Assembly: GCF_037042905.1 (NCBI RefSeq)
Contig: NW_026974140.1
Coordinates: 1,180,001 to 1,244,000 of the forward strand
Origin: Lytechinus pictus
Taxonomy: Eukaryota
Direction of reading: 5' to 3'
Length of the DNA: 64,000 nucleotides
Under the pieces are notes generated by a model. It saw only the letters and a program-made list of their open reading frames with translations. It made no database searches and was not told where the DNA came from. Shown piece by piece: positions 23,244-37,200 of this stretch (positions within the stretch are counted from its first letter, which is position 1; each line of letters opens with the position of its first letter). The position numbers were made by a program, and so were the translations under genes.

Positions 23244-24367
23244 GTCTTAATAGGCTTATATCAAATTCCCAAAAGTTTGAGCTCGTGATTCGCTCACAAA
23301 AATGCCCTTTTAACAGTAATCAGGTCCATAATTGACCAAAAAGCGAGTTTTACAAATTCAGATTTGATTTCTTTTTTTTTTCCAAACCGCTTGCTCGCTA
23401 CGCCTCCTCGCGAAAAATAAAACCTAAATATATATCTTATTAATCAGAAATCAATTAAAATAACTTTGCTCAACTTATTTACTACAAAACACACAAATTC
23501 TTTACACAGATGATAATCTGATGGTGAAAATATCCGTTTGCACCAAAATGCCCGTTTTGGCATATAAGTGCACCTTTTTGGCTTTACTAGTTTCCAACGT
23601 TGTGCCATTGTCGACCGTCCAACAAATCTCCAACAAACTAGTTTCCAACTTTATCAACGTTGTGCCATTGTCGGTTTTTCAACAACTTTCCAGCGAACTA
23701 GTTTCCAACGTTGTGCCTTTGCTGGCTGTTCAACAACTATCCAATCAAACGTGTTTCCAACGTTGTGACATTTTCGACTGTCCAACAACTCTCCAACTAA
23801 CAAGTTTCCAACGTTGCCAACGTCGTGTCATTGTTGATTGTCCATCATCTTTCCATCAAACTAGTTTCCAACGTCGATTCAACGTTAATCCATCAAGTTT
23901 TTCCAACGTCCAACGACTTTCCAGTTTTCAACGTAGAGCCAACGTTGGCTTGTTACCTGGGAATGATACCTGAAAGGTTGCCGATGTATTTCCACAGTAA
24001 GGTATATGTGTTCCCGCACACATTCGTTATTCCGAAGCTACGTTATTCCAAAGGTTCGGATATTCCGAAGGTTCGTATTTCCAAAGGTTCAGATTTCCGA
24101 AGGTTCGTTAGTCCGAAAACCAAATGAGGTTCGTAATTCCGAAGGTTCGTTAATCCGAAAACGAAATGAGGTTCGTAATTCCGAAGGTTCGTTAGTCCGA
24201 AAACGAAATGAGGTTCGTAATTCCGAAGGTTCGTTAGTCCGAAAACGAAATGAGGTTCGTAATTCCGAAGGTTTGTTACTCCGAAAGCGAAATGAGGTTC
24301 GTTAATCCGAAAATGCCAATTTTTTGTTCATGATTACAAAAAATGCTCGGAATGTTTATTTTTATGT

Positions 24368-24660
24368 GGGGCGTTGTGGCCCAGTGGATTAGTCTTCTGA
24401 CTGTGAAACAGAGGGTCGTAGGTTCGAATCCCAGCCATGGCGTAATTTCCTTCAGCAAGAAATTTATCCGCACTGTGCTGCACTCAACCCATGTGAGGTG
24501 AATGGGTACCCGGTAGGATGCCTTCCTTTGGGCGCCTAGGCAGCCTAGCCAAAGCCGGGGTAATAGTAATAGAAGGGCCTGCTGCAAGAACAGTTTTCAG
24601 AACTGAAGTGGCTTCCCTTTGATACCAATATTATTATTATTGATATTATTATTATTATTA
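24368..24660 (+). mobile_element. tRNA-derived SINE, copy 3
   Basis: Near-identical to copy 1. Confidence 0.85.
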
Positions 24661-25049
24661 TGTCTTAATAGGCCTATATCAAATTCCCAAAAGTTTGAGC
24701 TCGTGATTCGCTCACAAAAATGCCCTTTTAACAGTAATTAGGTCCATAATTGACCAAAAAGCGAGTTTTACAAATTCAGATTTGATTTCTTTTTTTCCAA
24801 ACCGCTTGCTCGCTACGCCTCCTCGCGAAAAATAAAACCTAAATATATATCTTATTAATCAGAAATCAATTAAAATAACTTTGCTCAACTTATTTACTAC
24901 AAAACACACAAATTCTTTACACAGATGATAATCTGATGGTGAAAATATCCGTTTGCACCAAGATGCCTGTTTTGGCATATAAGTGCAACTTTTTGGCTTT
25001 ACTAGTTTCCAACGTTGTTCCATTGTCGACCGTCCAACAACTATCCAAT

Positions 25050-25990
25050 CAAACGTGTTTCCAACGTTGTGCCATCGTCGACTATCCAACAAATCTCCAT
25101 CAAACCAGTTTCCAACTTTGTCAACGTTGTGCCATTGTCGGTTGATCAACAACTTTCCATCGAGCTAGTTTCCAACCTTGCCAACGTTGTGTCATCATCG
25201 ACTATCCAACTGATCTCCAACCTACCAGTTTCCAACGTTGTGCCAGTGTCAATTATCCAACAAATCTCCAACACACTAGTTTCCAACGTTGTGTCATTGT
25301 CGACGATCCAAGTAATCTCCAACTTACTAGTTTCCAACGTTGTGCCATTGTCGACCGTCCAACAAATCTCCAACAAACAAGTTTTCAACTTTGTCAACAT
25401 TGTGCCATTGTTGGTTGTTCAACAACTTTCCATCGAACTAGTTTCCAACGTCGCCAACGTTGTGCCTTTACTGGCTGTTCAACAACTATCCAATCAAACG
25501 TGTTTCCAACATTGTGACATTGTCGACTGTCCAACAACTCTCCAACTAACAAGTTTCCAACGTTGCCAACGTCGTGTCATTGTTGATTGTCCATCATCTT
25601 TCAATCAAACTAGTTTCCAACGTCGATTCAACGTAAATCCATCTAGTTTTTCCAACGTCCAACGACTTTCAAGTTTCCAACGTTGAGCCAACGTTGGCTT
25701 TTTACCTGGGTTATTTCGTTTAGGGTTCACAGCACAAAAGAAGACAAATCAGCACAAAGGGGACTACCCTGGGCAAATTTATTGTGAATGTCATTGAGCA
25801 GCTTACCTAACAATAGGTCCAAGAGCAAGTTAGCAAGTTAGCCCCATATCATGGCTTCTACGATGCATTCTCGGTAGGCAAGTCTGCAAAATACTTGAGG
25901 CAGAGTGTATTTGAAGAAAACTAGAAAAAAAACTCCTCAGAAATTGTCCAGAAGTATCCACAAACTATAATGAATCACATATCAGTTTCA
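25050..25990 (+). repeat. Block duplicated at ~27490-27675 + 37353-38085; this copy is the empty site for the 9.7-kb element
   Basis: GTGTCAATTATCCAACAAATCTCCAACACAC is intact at ~25246. The same CTGGG end and unique flank (TTATTTCGTTTAGGGTTCACAGC...) recur at ~37807. Confidence 0.88.
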
Positions 25991-27699
25991 GAAGTTATGG
26001 AAAGTATCATATAATCGAACAAGCTCCAATATACTTCAGAGCTAAATGGAGGGGCAACCGCAGTGCACACACTCCATGCATAAGTTGAAAATATTTGTGA
26101 AAGGGACATGGCAGTGGCGGAACCACTTTCGAGAGGCACTTTTTTTTTAACTGGAATGTGTCTTTCTAGGCGATTGGGGATCTTTTTTTTTTTTTTTTCG
26201 GGGGGGGGGGTGGCTTGTCAAATTTTTCCTTGAACAAATGACCGTGATTTTGGGGGGTTGTCAAATTTTTCCTTACAAAATGCCCCCCCCCCCACCCTTG
26301 GAAAATTATTGGCCCGCCCTTGGGACTTGTGAAAACATTGAAAAGAACAAAAAAAGACGTAAGTAAGCATTAATGAAAAATGATCACTAGATATTCGGGA
26401 ATTTAATTGTCTAGATCCAGTTCAAATTCTGCAAGATTCTTCAAGTTCAAAATTGAAGGAAGCAGACTACACAGAAGAATGAGTCTGACGTCGACGCGTC
26501 GCGACTAATTCTGCCATTAGAATAGTATGGTATTTTTAAATAGGTAAATTTGATGCTTGTATTTCCTTCTTCAATTTCTTCTAGCTATGTGACGGTAGGC
26601 CTATATCTCGTACTTACTGTGAGAGGCCTAGCCAGCTGCAAAGGACGAGGGCGTTTCTGGAAATTCTGGTCTTGAACTGCATTTGTTTTCTTGTTTTTCT
26701 CCTTTATTTTCTATATATTAATCGACACATTTGCAGCCCCCGGTGGCCTGATCTATTCTATCCCATCTTTATTTTTGTTTTCCCCTTTAAATTCCTATTT
26801 CCCTTCCCATTATTTTCCTTCTTTCTCGATTTCTTTTCCCCTTATTGCTGGGAGGATACAATGGTGACATGGATAGACAAGCAAACCGTTACTTTATACC
26901 CCCCCCCCCCTTTGGATTTTATGCGAGTAGTTGTCGTCTGTATATCAATTCTCAAATGAACCAGTTCTGTTCTCAACACTGTGTATATTATGCCGGGATA
27001 TTATGTTGACTGTCAAACAAATATCCACCAAACTATAGTTTCCAACATTGTGTCAATGTTAACTGTCAACAACTCTCCAATAAACTAGTTTCCAATGTTG
27101 TCAACGTTGTGCCATTGTCGGTTTTTCAACAACTCTCCATCGAACTAGTTTCCAACATTGTCAACATTGTGCCAATGTCGGCTGTTCAGTAACTATCTAA
27201 TCAAACATGTTTCCAACGTTGTGCCATTATCGACTGTCCAACAAATCTCCAATAAACTAGTTTCCAGCTTTGTCAACGTTGTGTCATTGTCGACTATCCA
27301 AGTAATCTCCAACCTACCATTTTCTAACATTGTGCCAATGTCAGTTGTTCAACAACTTTCCATCTAACTAGTTTCCAGCTTTGTCAACGTTGTGTCATTG
27401 TCGACTATCCAACTAATCTCCAACCTACCATTTTCCAACATTGTGCCATTGTCGACCGTCCAACAAATCTCCCAAACCACAAGTTTCCAACGTTGTGCCA
27501 TCATCGACTATCCAACAAACCAGTTTCCAACTTTGTCAACGTTGTGCCATTGTCGGTTGATCAACAACTTTCCATCGAACTAGTTTCCAACCTTGCCAAC
27601 GTTGTGTCATCATCGACTATCCAACTGATCTCCAACCTACCAGTTTCCAACATTGTGCCAGTGTCAATTATCCAACCCTTACAAAAATGTCCTGTGGTA

Positions 27700-28550
27700 A
27701 TACCATATAATTACCATAGGACTTTACCACACGATTACCACATATATTGTTGTGTGGTAATGCTGTCTTAATGTCCTGTGGTAATGTGTGGTAATGTCGT
27801 GTGGTATTTTCATGTGGTAAATTGGAACATTTACCACACAACATTACCACAGGAATACCACATGAATGGATTAATATACGGTAACATTTACCACACAAGG
27901 GATTAATTTACGGTAACAATTTTTACCACATACCGGTTACCACACAATTTACCACACGATGGTTACTACACACCAGTCACCACAAGCATTACCATACACC
28001 ATTTACCACATAGATTACCACACACCATTTACCACATGACAGTTACCACACACCAGTTACCACACCATTTACCACACACCAGTTACCACATGCATTACCA
28101 CACAAATTACCTCACATTTTACCACACACCAGTTACCACACGCGTTACCACACATCATTTACCACACGAATTACCTCACATTTTACCACACGCCTTACCA
28201 CACAAATTACGTCACATTTTACCACACACCGGTTACCACATGCATTACTACACACGATTTACCACACGCGTTACCACATACACTACCACACACCAGTTAC
28301 GTAACTGGTGTGTGGTAAAATATGAGGTAATTTGTGTGGTAAATGGTGTGTGGTAAACACTCACCAGTTACCACATGCATTACAATTACCACACACGTTA
28401 CCACACATATTGTACATACTACACATAATACCATGCATCAGAGTCATTACCCAAAATGTGTGTGGTAACTAGTGTGATGGTATGTGTGATAACTGATGCA
28501 TGATAATGTATGTAGCAACTGGTGTGTTGCAATGTGTGTGGTAACTGGTT
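27700..28550. repeat. Left subterminal TTACCACA/TGTGGTAA array
   Basis: Many ACCACA and TGTGGT motifs in both orientations. Confidence 0.85.
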
Positions 28551-29289
28551 AGATACATCACAGATCATGGGTATGATTTTGGTAGCAGTAGAATGTGTTC
28601 ATGACCCTATGGACTTTTATAAGATTAAGAAAATACAACACCTTCAATGAACAAACAACAAATGATTTTACAAGTGATATAGAAAGTACTGGTATTTAGC
28701 TCATAGAGTCATTAATTTACAATACTGGTTTACATTTGCTATTGACAAAAAATGTATAACAGCTGCTTTACTGTACAAACAGTGTAACATAACAGTAACT
28801 ATCAAAGAAATTACAGTGCATATAAATACTTTAAAAAAAGATACATTTCTTCTAAATACTTTAAAAAGTTACCTCAAAGGCTATCAGGCTTTTCAGCAAA
28901 CCAAATTAACGACCATTGTATTTTTTTTTGCAGGTCACACATACAGAATGGACTGATTACTCTTTGTTTTATGCTTAAAGACAAAAATGATTAAACTCTT
29001 AATCGTTTTTAAGAAAATGAACAAAACATAAGGATGTGTCTACAATAGGTAATATCATATAAGTAGCTGCGGCAAAGTGCACTGTACTCAAAATTGCGTA
29101 TAACAAAATGCATAATTATCCCAAGTTTACTTCAAGGCCGAAGGGCAAGTAGAAATAGACGAGAGATGATAATATATATTTGGAGTCCACTCAGTTTAGA
29201 GTAGTGTTCAAAGAAACGAATAATTTGATCAATTTACGCACCAAAAATGAAAACTAGGACAATACCCTGGCATGTAATATCTGAATTAA

Positions 29290-30022
29290 AGGAAAATAAC
29301 ACCCAAAACATAATACCACATGATCTCATTGATAAATACAGGACAATCAAAATGAATCCACTCATACCCTAATCCAATTACGGAGTACCACCTTTTCAAA
29401 GTTGGCCTCTTACAGTATGGTTCGAAGTTTCTGGATGGAGGTCGCCATTTTCGCGGGGTTAGTTAGAAAATTATTACATCAGCGACGAACTACATCTGTA
29501 AAAGTTTAGGCATTATATATTTTATTTTATCAATAACAAATCAAATGTACAGATAAAACTCATAAAAATATTAGTTAAAATTTGTTTAATATATGGTAGG
29601 TTCAAAATACAATTTGATGAGTTTTAATGATAAGATTTACACCCCAATTTCTGATTGATTTTCGCTGCCAATTTGTAAATCGTAGATTAGGGTGTAATTT
29701 TTATCATTAAAACTCATCAAGTCTTAATTTGAACCTATCATATAATATTAAACATATTTTAATTAATATTTTATGAGTTTTATCTGTACATTTGATTTAT
29801 TATCGATGAAATAGAATATATAATGCCCAAACGTTTAGAGATGTAGTTCGTCGCTGACGGAATAATCTCCATCCATAGACTTCGAACCAGAAGATGCCAA
29901 CTTTGAAAAGGTGGTACTCCATACTGGGAAATTGGATTGGGGGTATATGAGTGGATTCATTTTCATTGTCCTGTATTTATCAATGGTATCATGTGGTATT
30001 ATATTTTGGGTTTTATTTTCCT
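29290..30022. mobile_element. Foldback (nearly fully palindromic) TTAA-flanked element, Kolobok-like
   Basis: TTAA|AGGAAAATAA...TTATTTTCCT|TTAA. The arms match along ~360 bp (e.g. GGAGTACCACCTTTTCAAAGTTGG vs CCAACTTTGAAAAGGTGGTACTCC). Confidence 0.82.
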
Positions 30023-30102
30023 TTAAGATATTGTACTGGTTTATATCATGGCATTACAAAGTTCATCTGTAGTGCACACTGTGTCAAGTGCACAAACCTA
30101 TT

Positions 30103-30392
30103 CAGGGTTCCCACAGAAATTTGAAAACAGAATTCCATGACCTCTCCATGACTAAATTGCTGCTTTCCATGACTTAATTCCTTTCTGGCACAGTTTACAA
30201 AATCAGACATGTTATGATCATGAACACCAATTATAAAAGTAGAGTACAATCACAGAGTATGAGAGTTGTGAGACATAAAAAACTAGAAAGCTGTCATAGC
30301 CAAGAGGTAAATGCAATTCCATGACTTTTCACATATCTCTGACTTTCCATGACCAATTTTTTCCAGGATTTTCCATGACTGTGGGAACCCTG
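30103..30392. mobile_element. hAT-like MITE
   Basis: TIR CAGGGTTCCCACAG...CTGTGGGAACCCTG and internal TTCCATGAC repeats; no TSD recognisable. Confidence 0.65.
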
Positions 30393-31949
30393 TAATAATA
30401 CTGCATTGACAGCTATCAATTTTAAAGTTAATTTCAATTTCCTTCAAACATTTTATTCATCTCTTTTTGGTTGGTCCTTGAATATATATACAATACAATG
30501 TTTTGGCAGGTCGTCTATAAAAGCATGTACATCGTAAAAAAAAAAAAGGCTTTTGGCAGGAACTTTTGGCAAGTAGTCAACAGTATCAATGCATGTAAAT
30601 TTGGGTGAAAGAATCATACATGTACATTAATTCTTAAGAAAAGTTTGTGGTTGTATTACACTATCACTTAGAGGTATTAAAAAGACAGCAGTTGCAGCAA
30701 ACAATTATTTCATGAGAAATTGTCAAAATATTGTACATAATCTCTAGATCTGGTACAGTAATGTAAACTTGTATCTTTGTAAAATTACTAATTTTGAACT
30801 TAAAATCAATTATTCTGATGATCACTAACACAGAAAAGCATATGTGGGACAGGACAGTGTATTACATGTATGATTGATTTGAAAAATACCTGACATTTGA
30901 TAGAATTACATGCTTATTTTGCTCATTTCTCAGCAATTACACATTTTCTTCCCGAGCTATAATTATGGCACATATCTTTTATATTTTGCTGGTAATTCTA
31001 TTGGATTCTGTTCGAACTCATTTTAAGATTGTTACTACAACTGGTAATTTATCTGTAAAGTTGTACTTGTATATGATACGGGCTCAACATAATCTAAAAT
31101 AAAGTAATTTTTACCATGCAAAATAGTGAAAATTTTATCAAAATCAGATAAAATTTAAAAAAAAACAATTACAAAAATATTGGTCATCAACACATGCAAG
31201 TAGATACATGTAAGTTTATGATATCATGCCCACATTTTTTTTGTTCTCATGTTACCAGATAAAATAATAATTTACTTCATGTGTGTAATAAGTATGTCTT
31301 CCAATCCCATGTAGCAAAAGAACTTCCAGCAATAATCAATACAGGTAAGTCACATCAATACAGTTTACAATCCGATTTGTTTCATTCTTGGTAAACAAAA
31401 TTAAATGCACAATTTTATATACAAAATAATAAGTTGGGGATACGTGTACATGTACAATGTACGTCAGTATGACATCATCAGCTTGCTACTTGCATATGCT
31501 TAGAGCTCTTTCACCAAAATAATGCAGAGGTTAGAATGTCATACATTACTTTATTATCCCTTGTCTAATTTGGATGAATTGAGACGCCATCCTAGTCAGC
31601 ACGAGATTTTAAAAAATTCAAATTACCAGGCAGTGACAGTATTGTTGTAAGTACAGAGCAAAGATCAGGAATATGGTAGGTCTTCTCAAATTGTATTTGG
31701 ATTGATCCAAGGTTGTTGACAACTGGAGGAGAGGAAGGAGCTAATTCCATGGCCTTGGAGCAGTAGTGGAGAAAGTTGCATCACCAGTAGCTAATTTGTA
31801 GGTGCGTAATGATCACAAAAATAAAAAGGCAAGTGCGCCTAGAATGAAAATGACGCACAAGGGATTCCTTATAATACATGTAATCTGGATCTCTGTCATT
31901 GACTTTGAAAATCAGGAGACGGACACTGATGTTCATGTATATCCTTTAC

Positions 31950-32100
31950 TTGACTTGCAGCCAGCGAAGTTGGCGTATGGCAAATGGCACAATAGATGCA
32001 GCATTCTGTACTATCTGCAGTCAGTCCAGATCGCCCTAATTCAAGCACGAAGAGCATTACAATAGTCCAGTTTAGATTGCGCTAAACCATGGACTGCTTT
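31950..32100 (-). pseudogene. Ancient L2-like RT C-terminal remnant
   Basis: Translation on - gives VHGLAQSKLDYCNAL, then after shifts LQIVQNAA and RQLRWLQV, resembling L2 SRLDYCN/LQ.VQNAA/LHWLPV. Confidence 0.55.
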
Positions 32101-34304
32101 GTGGCAAGTAGAAATATAAAAGGCACTTCCCATTGGCCTTTATTCTTCCAATCTGTTTGATGTTATACTGGTAGGGAGCAGGTTCCAATAGCACTATGAA
32201 AGGAGTTACGAAACCAGATGAATGGATGCTGATTCAGGACACCTTCCATTTCAACTTAAGGCATCTGCAAAAATAACAGAAGAAGATAAACATAAAAGCC
32301 TTTCCTGCATTAACTATTTAATATTCATTAAAAACTACATGGTTTCAATATCAATTTCCAAACTTTTTAAAAAATGATTAAAAAACAATGTGGGGTTTGT
32401 TACATATTTATACTTAAAATATTAACATGTAAAGTCAAGTCCGGGGAGGGGGCTTGATGCCCTCAAGATCTGCTGCACCTCCAAACCATCTCTGTATAGG
32501 GAAGGACATTTTAGAGTAAAATTATTTAAAAAAAAAATATTTATTTTAATTAAACATGATTTTAATTCATGCTTTTTTTTAATGTGTTTTTAATGGTTAT
32601 GGGATAATTCCATCAGTTTGAATAAGAAATTACAAGTTGCCAATTTCACATAACGAAGATCAATTCTGATGTGATCATAAATGCACATTAGGTGTTGATG
32701 TTTCACTTATGCCTATCTATTACGTTTGAATTGACAACAGCATGAACCTTGTAAGAGCATTACACAAGCTTTGTATCAGAGTGGTTACAAAATCAAAATT
32801 ATTTAACTGCATCTCATGTTCATGCACATGTAAATAATCAAAATAACACAATAATAATAAAAAATACCTTCCAAAAAGGATAAATTTGTACTCACCATTA
32901 TATCTGCATGAATATTGTTCTTTTAGTCCACCTATAATGATACAGCTGATGAGAGTTTGAATGATAGTATCAAGATGGTGCTTCTACCAGGGCTGCAAAA
33001 AAGAGAGAGAGAGAAAAAAAATGTTAACCTCAATCATGCCAAGAAATTGCAAAATCTACAAGTACATGTCCCAGCCATGGCACATGCACAGTAGGTAAGA
33101 CGCAAAATATATGGTGTAGTAAGCCTAAGGGTCCTACAAGTAATTCTTCGCATGTGCCACTCATTAATGTGCATGCAATTTCAATGTTCAATTTTTACAT
33201 GGAACTGTAACAGCAGTGTCAGTGTGAGGAACATATTAATGCAAAGAGTATCCAGCAACTGTTTGCAGCTTACTTGTCACTTCAATTTTTGTCTTTTTAA
33301 CAATAATAATATGAATCTTTTAAAGTGCATAGTTTTCGTAATGGGCAGGAACCCTTTCAAATGTGGCTGGCAAAATGAGGCATTTAGAAAATTTTGCAGG
33401 ATTTTTAAGGTAAGTTATGGTCTAACTTTCAGATCTGAGAATTCTAGATCTAATCATCATCTTGATTTTTAACTTCCACAAATTAAAGACAATCTGTATA
33501 AAAGCTTTAAATATACAATAGTAATAGGCCCTAAATGTGGTTAAGTTAGGCCTTTCATTATTTTTTTTAATTTTACTATCGGTAGGCCTATGAATATATT
33601 ATTATTCTTATACTTAATCTTTAGTAGTTTTAGAACACATTAAATTGAATAGATATTTGGCCAAAAAATCTGACAAATTTTGAGGTGAAATTAGTTTTCT
33701 GGCATCGCCAGATCAACCTTTGCGAAACTCTATTAGCGCCAAATTACACTCTAAACTTGTCATTAGAACGTCCAAACCGATACACGTCAGCCTGGAATCT
33801 AATACTAGCACAACCAGCTATGCATTTGCACCAATTCTCTCTGTATTTTCTTGCATATGGACGTCACTCCAGTTAAAGGTCATGTCATTGTGTTATATAG
33901 CTTGGGAATTGCAAGCAAGTGATCCTTCGAAATGTTTACCTGCTTACAATTAACATTTCTTAAGCCTTAATTTTTTATATTTAGATTACAAAGGCTTACA
34001 AATTGGACAAATTAAATGTTTGCCCAAAAATTATTGTGGGAAAGGTGGATTTTTTACGGAAATCATCTTTATGTACCAAGTTCTACAGGCAACAGAGACT
34101 TGTCTAGGCTCCGTGAATAAAAATACCCCTGGTACAATGTAAAAATGATAAAAACATCATCACAAAGTCCTCTAAGTACAGTTAGGACCATTGACAGATA
34201 AGGTGCCCCAAGATTGCGCACATCCGAATCTGCGCGATTCTGATAATGGAAGATACGCAACGACTCCAAACAAAAAATAAACTTTACACCTGAAAGAGCC
34301 TACT

Positions 34305-34497
34305 GTACTTACTTAGTCTTACCTACTGCCCGATGCCTCCTGACATGTAGAGCAACAACAAAGGACCTCCACTCCTGGCGGCCGGTGGTTCTGGGCCTTC
34401 TTCTGGAAACTCCCCCGGGCTAAGTCATATTCACCGACTTCTTCTCCTCAAATGTGATGCCAGGACAGGTAGTTTTGGGTCTCCCTCTCTTTCTCCT
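34305..34497 (-). pseudogene. Decayed RTE-clade LINE 3' end
   Basis: Remnants RGRPKTT...AQN...WRSFVVALH followed by a TAAG-like repeat tail. Confidence 0.6.
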
Positions 34498-36020
34498 GAA
34501 ATGTCATAAACAGATCTATTCATAAAAAATCTGACTCAAAATGGTGGGAAAATAATGAATTTAGGGCATTGGCAAGAGTTCCATATGCACTCCCCTAAAA
34601 TTGAAAAACATGAAGAAGGTTCAGAATAATATATCTAGCACAATATAGAACATATATATGATGGGGGAGTGGATAGTACTAGGAGTGGAAATACATACTA
34701 AAATATGGCTTTATTCCGTCAAATTTTGAGCATGTATGGATCCATGTATCTAGTGTGTGTAATTGTCCATAGACATCGGTTTATTTACTCAAGGGTCTGT
34801 GTCACTCTGTGAGTCAAGTCTAGTCGAACTATTGGCTGATAATCGTTAAAATACCCCTTCCGGTATCAGCACTTCTCGCTAGCATAGCAGGAACAGGTCT
34901 TGACTGCAAATAAAACGAGGTGATCTCAAGTCCCAACTTAGGTGCCAACACAACGGTAAAAAAAAATTATAGAAAAATCTGAAATGAACGAACTGGAATG
35001 GAATTAAGTCTCAACAATCTTATTTTTTATCATGTTGGTGGGGGGTGCATTGGAATTGCATATGGAACTCTTTGCTGGGCATTTCATGTGACGGTCTCAA
35101 AATGCAGCCTCTGTCTCTGTGACTGCTTTCTTATCGAAATCTTCGCATCATGTGTAATAGGTCTGTGTAAAGTGAATAGGTGCGCAGACATCGGCCACTA
35201 TTAGTATTACCCAGTTGTTGTGTGTCCGGACAGGTTGTGTGTCCGGACGATCAATTTTAGAAAGGCATTTGGAAAAAATTACAAGCGAAGTTCCATCAAT
35301 TTTTAGTACAAAATGTTAGGAAATATTATAAGGAACAAAATAGAAGATGATTAAAAGTATTGAATTCATATTTTTAGTGTAATCCAAAGACAAAAAAGAA
35401 GGATTCAAAAAGATAAACTGTCCGGACACCCGACCCCCATCCTACCACTATGGCACTAATCATTTTGTTCAATCAAATTTCAAAATGACCATGACTGGCC
35501 GAGATTTTTTCCCAAGAAAATCAATTATTTCTCTCAATTTTTTATGAAACTTTTTGCACACTTACTCATAAGAATACAAGGAACATCATCAATTGAAAGA
35601 TTTTGTAAAATAGGAAATTCACGTTAAATCTAAACTCAAATCGTTAGGTGTGCTGTGTGCAGACTAAGTTTGAGACCACCAGCCAGTGGTCCACATCACA
35701 CTCACAGCAGCGAGCAGGCGCTCGGGGCCGGGCGAGCGCCCGGTTAGACAGGATGGGATTGCCAGTGTCATGTCATTTTCATTGACGAAATCTTTAGCTA
35801 GTTGCAAGCCGGGGCATTTAACAAACTACGAAAAGAAAATCATAGAAAATGGTTATCTAACTTACTGTTTAGCCTACTGCAAATGTCTTCGAAGTCGTTG
35901 TCCATATCTAACCCGTATTCTTTAAGTAGTTGAATTATTAACGGCCTTCTTCGTCACACTTCTCGATGGAGTTCAATAAACTGCAACGCAACGGAATTCT
36001 TTTCAAATGTTGGCGGTAAG

Positions 36021-36032
36021 TGCGCATGCGCA
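36021..36032. promoter_or_regulatory. Perfect NRF1/P3A2/EWG-type palindrome TGCGCATGCGCA
   Basis: Exact 12-bp consensus, ~150 bp upstream (on -) of a strong GTAAGT donor at 35865. Confidence 0.45.
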
Positions 36033-36129
36033 AGCCTGTCACCGCCCCCCCCCCCCCCGGCGAATCAATTTTTAATTCTGATAGGGGGTGAGCTGAGGGG
36101 GGTCTAAGTTATGGGTGTGATAACTTTTT

Positions 36130-37200
36130 TGTGTGGTATTTCTGATTTTCAACAGAAGGGCAATAACACACAAATACCACATATTTGAATTGACATTACC
36201 ACACAATGGGCTAATGTGGTTGCTTTCATGTGGTAATTTTGATTTACCACAGCAGTATATAACAATACCACACAAATACCACATATTTGAATAGACATTA
36301 CCACACAATAGCATCATGTGGTATTGCATTCATGCGGTAAGTTTGATTTACCGCAGAGCATAACACCACAAAAATACCACATATTTGAATTTACATTACC
36401 ACACAATGGGCTATATAATGCGGTACTTTCATGTGGTAATTTTGATTTACCACAGCAGTATAACAATACCACACAAATACCACATATTTGAATTTACATT
36501 ACCACACAATGGCATCATGAGGTACATGCATTCATGTGGTAATTTTGATTTACCACAGAAGTATACAATACCACACAAATACCACATATTTGAATTTACA
36601 TTACCACACAATGGCATCATGTGGTAACATGCATTCCTGTGGTAATTTTGATTTACCACAGCAGTATAACAATACCACACAAATACCACATATTTGAATT
36701 GACATACATAACCACACAATAGCATCATGTGGTATTGCATTCATGCGGTAAGTTTGATTTACCGCAGAGCATAACACCACAAATATACCACATATTTGAA
36801 TTTACATTACCACACAATGGGCTAATGCGGTAACATGCTTTCATGTGGTAATTTTGATTTACCACAGCAGTATAACAATACCACACAAATACCACATATT
36901 TGAATTTACATTACCACACAATGGCATCATGAGGTACATGCATTCATGTGGTAATTTTGATTTACCACAGAAGTATACAATACCACACAAATACCACATA
37001 TTTGAAGTTACATTACCACACAATGGCATCATGTGGTAACATGCATTCCTGTGGTAATTTTGATTTACCACAGAAATATAACGATACCACACAAATACCA
37101 CATATTTGAATTTATATTACCACACAATGGCATCATGAGGTAACATGCATTCATGTGGTAATTTTGATTTACCACAGAAGTACCACATAGACAACAAATT
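36130..37200. repeat. Tandem array (~85-90-bp unit) forming the right subterminal region of the CMC element
   Basis: Repeated ...ATACCACACAAATACCACATATTTGAATTTACATTACCACACAATGG...TGTGGTAATTTTGATTTACCACAG. Confidence 0.88.

Larger units (their letters stand above)
21068..25710 (+). repeat. Tandem triplication of a composite unit: SINE + spacer + CCAACGTTG-rich array ending in CTGGG (+ 42-bp minisatellite in units 1 and 2)
   Basis: Units start at ~21068, ~22945 and ~24363. ORF-track translations at 21654, 23521 and 24936 begin near-identically. Confidence 0.9.
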
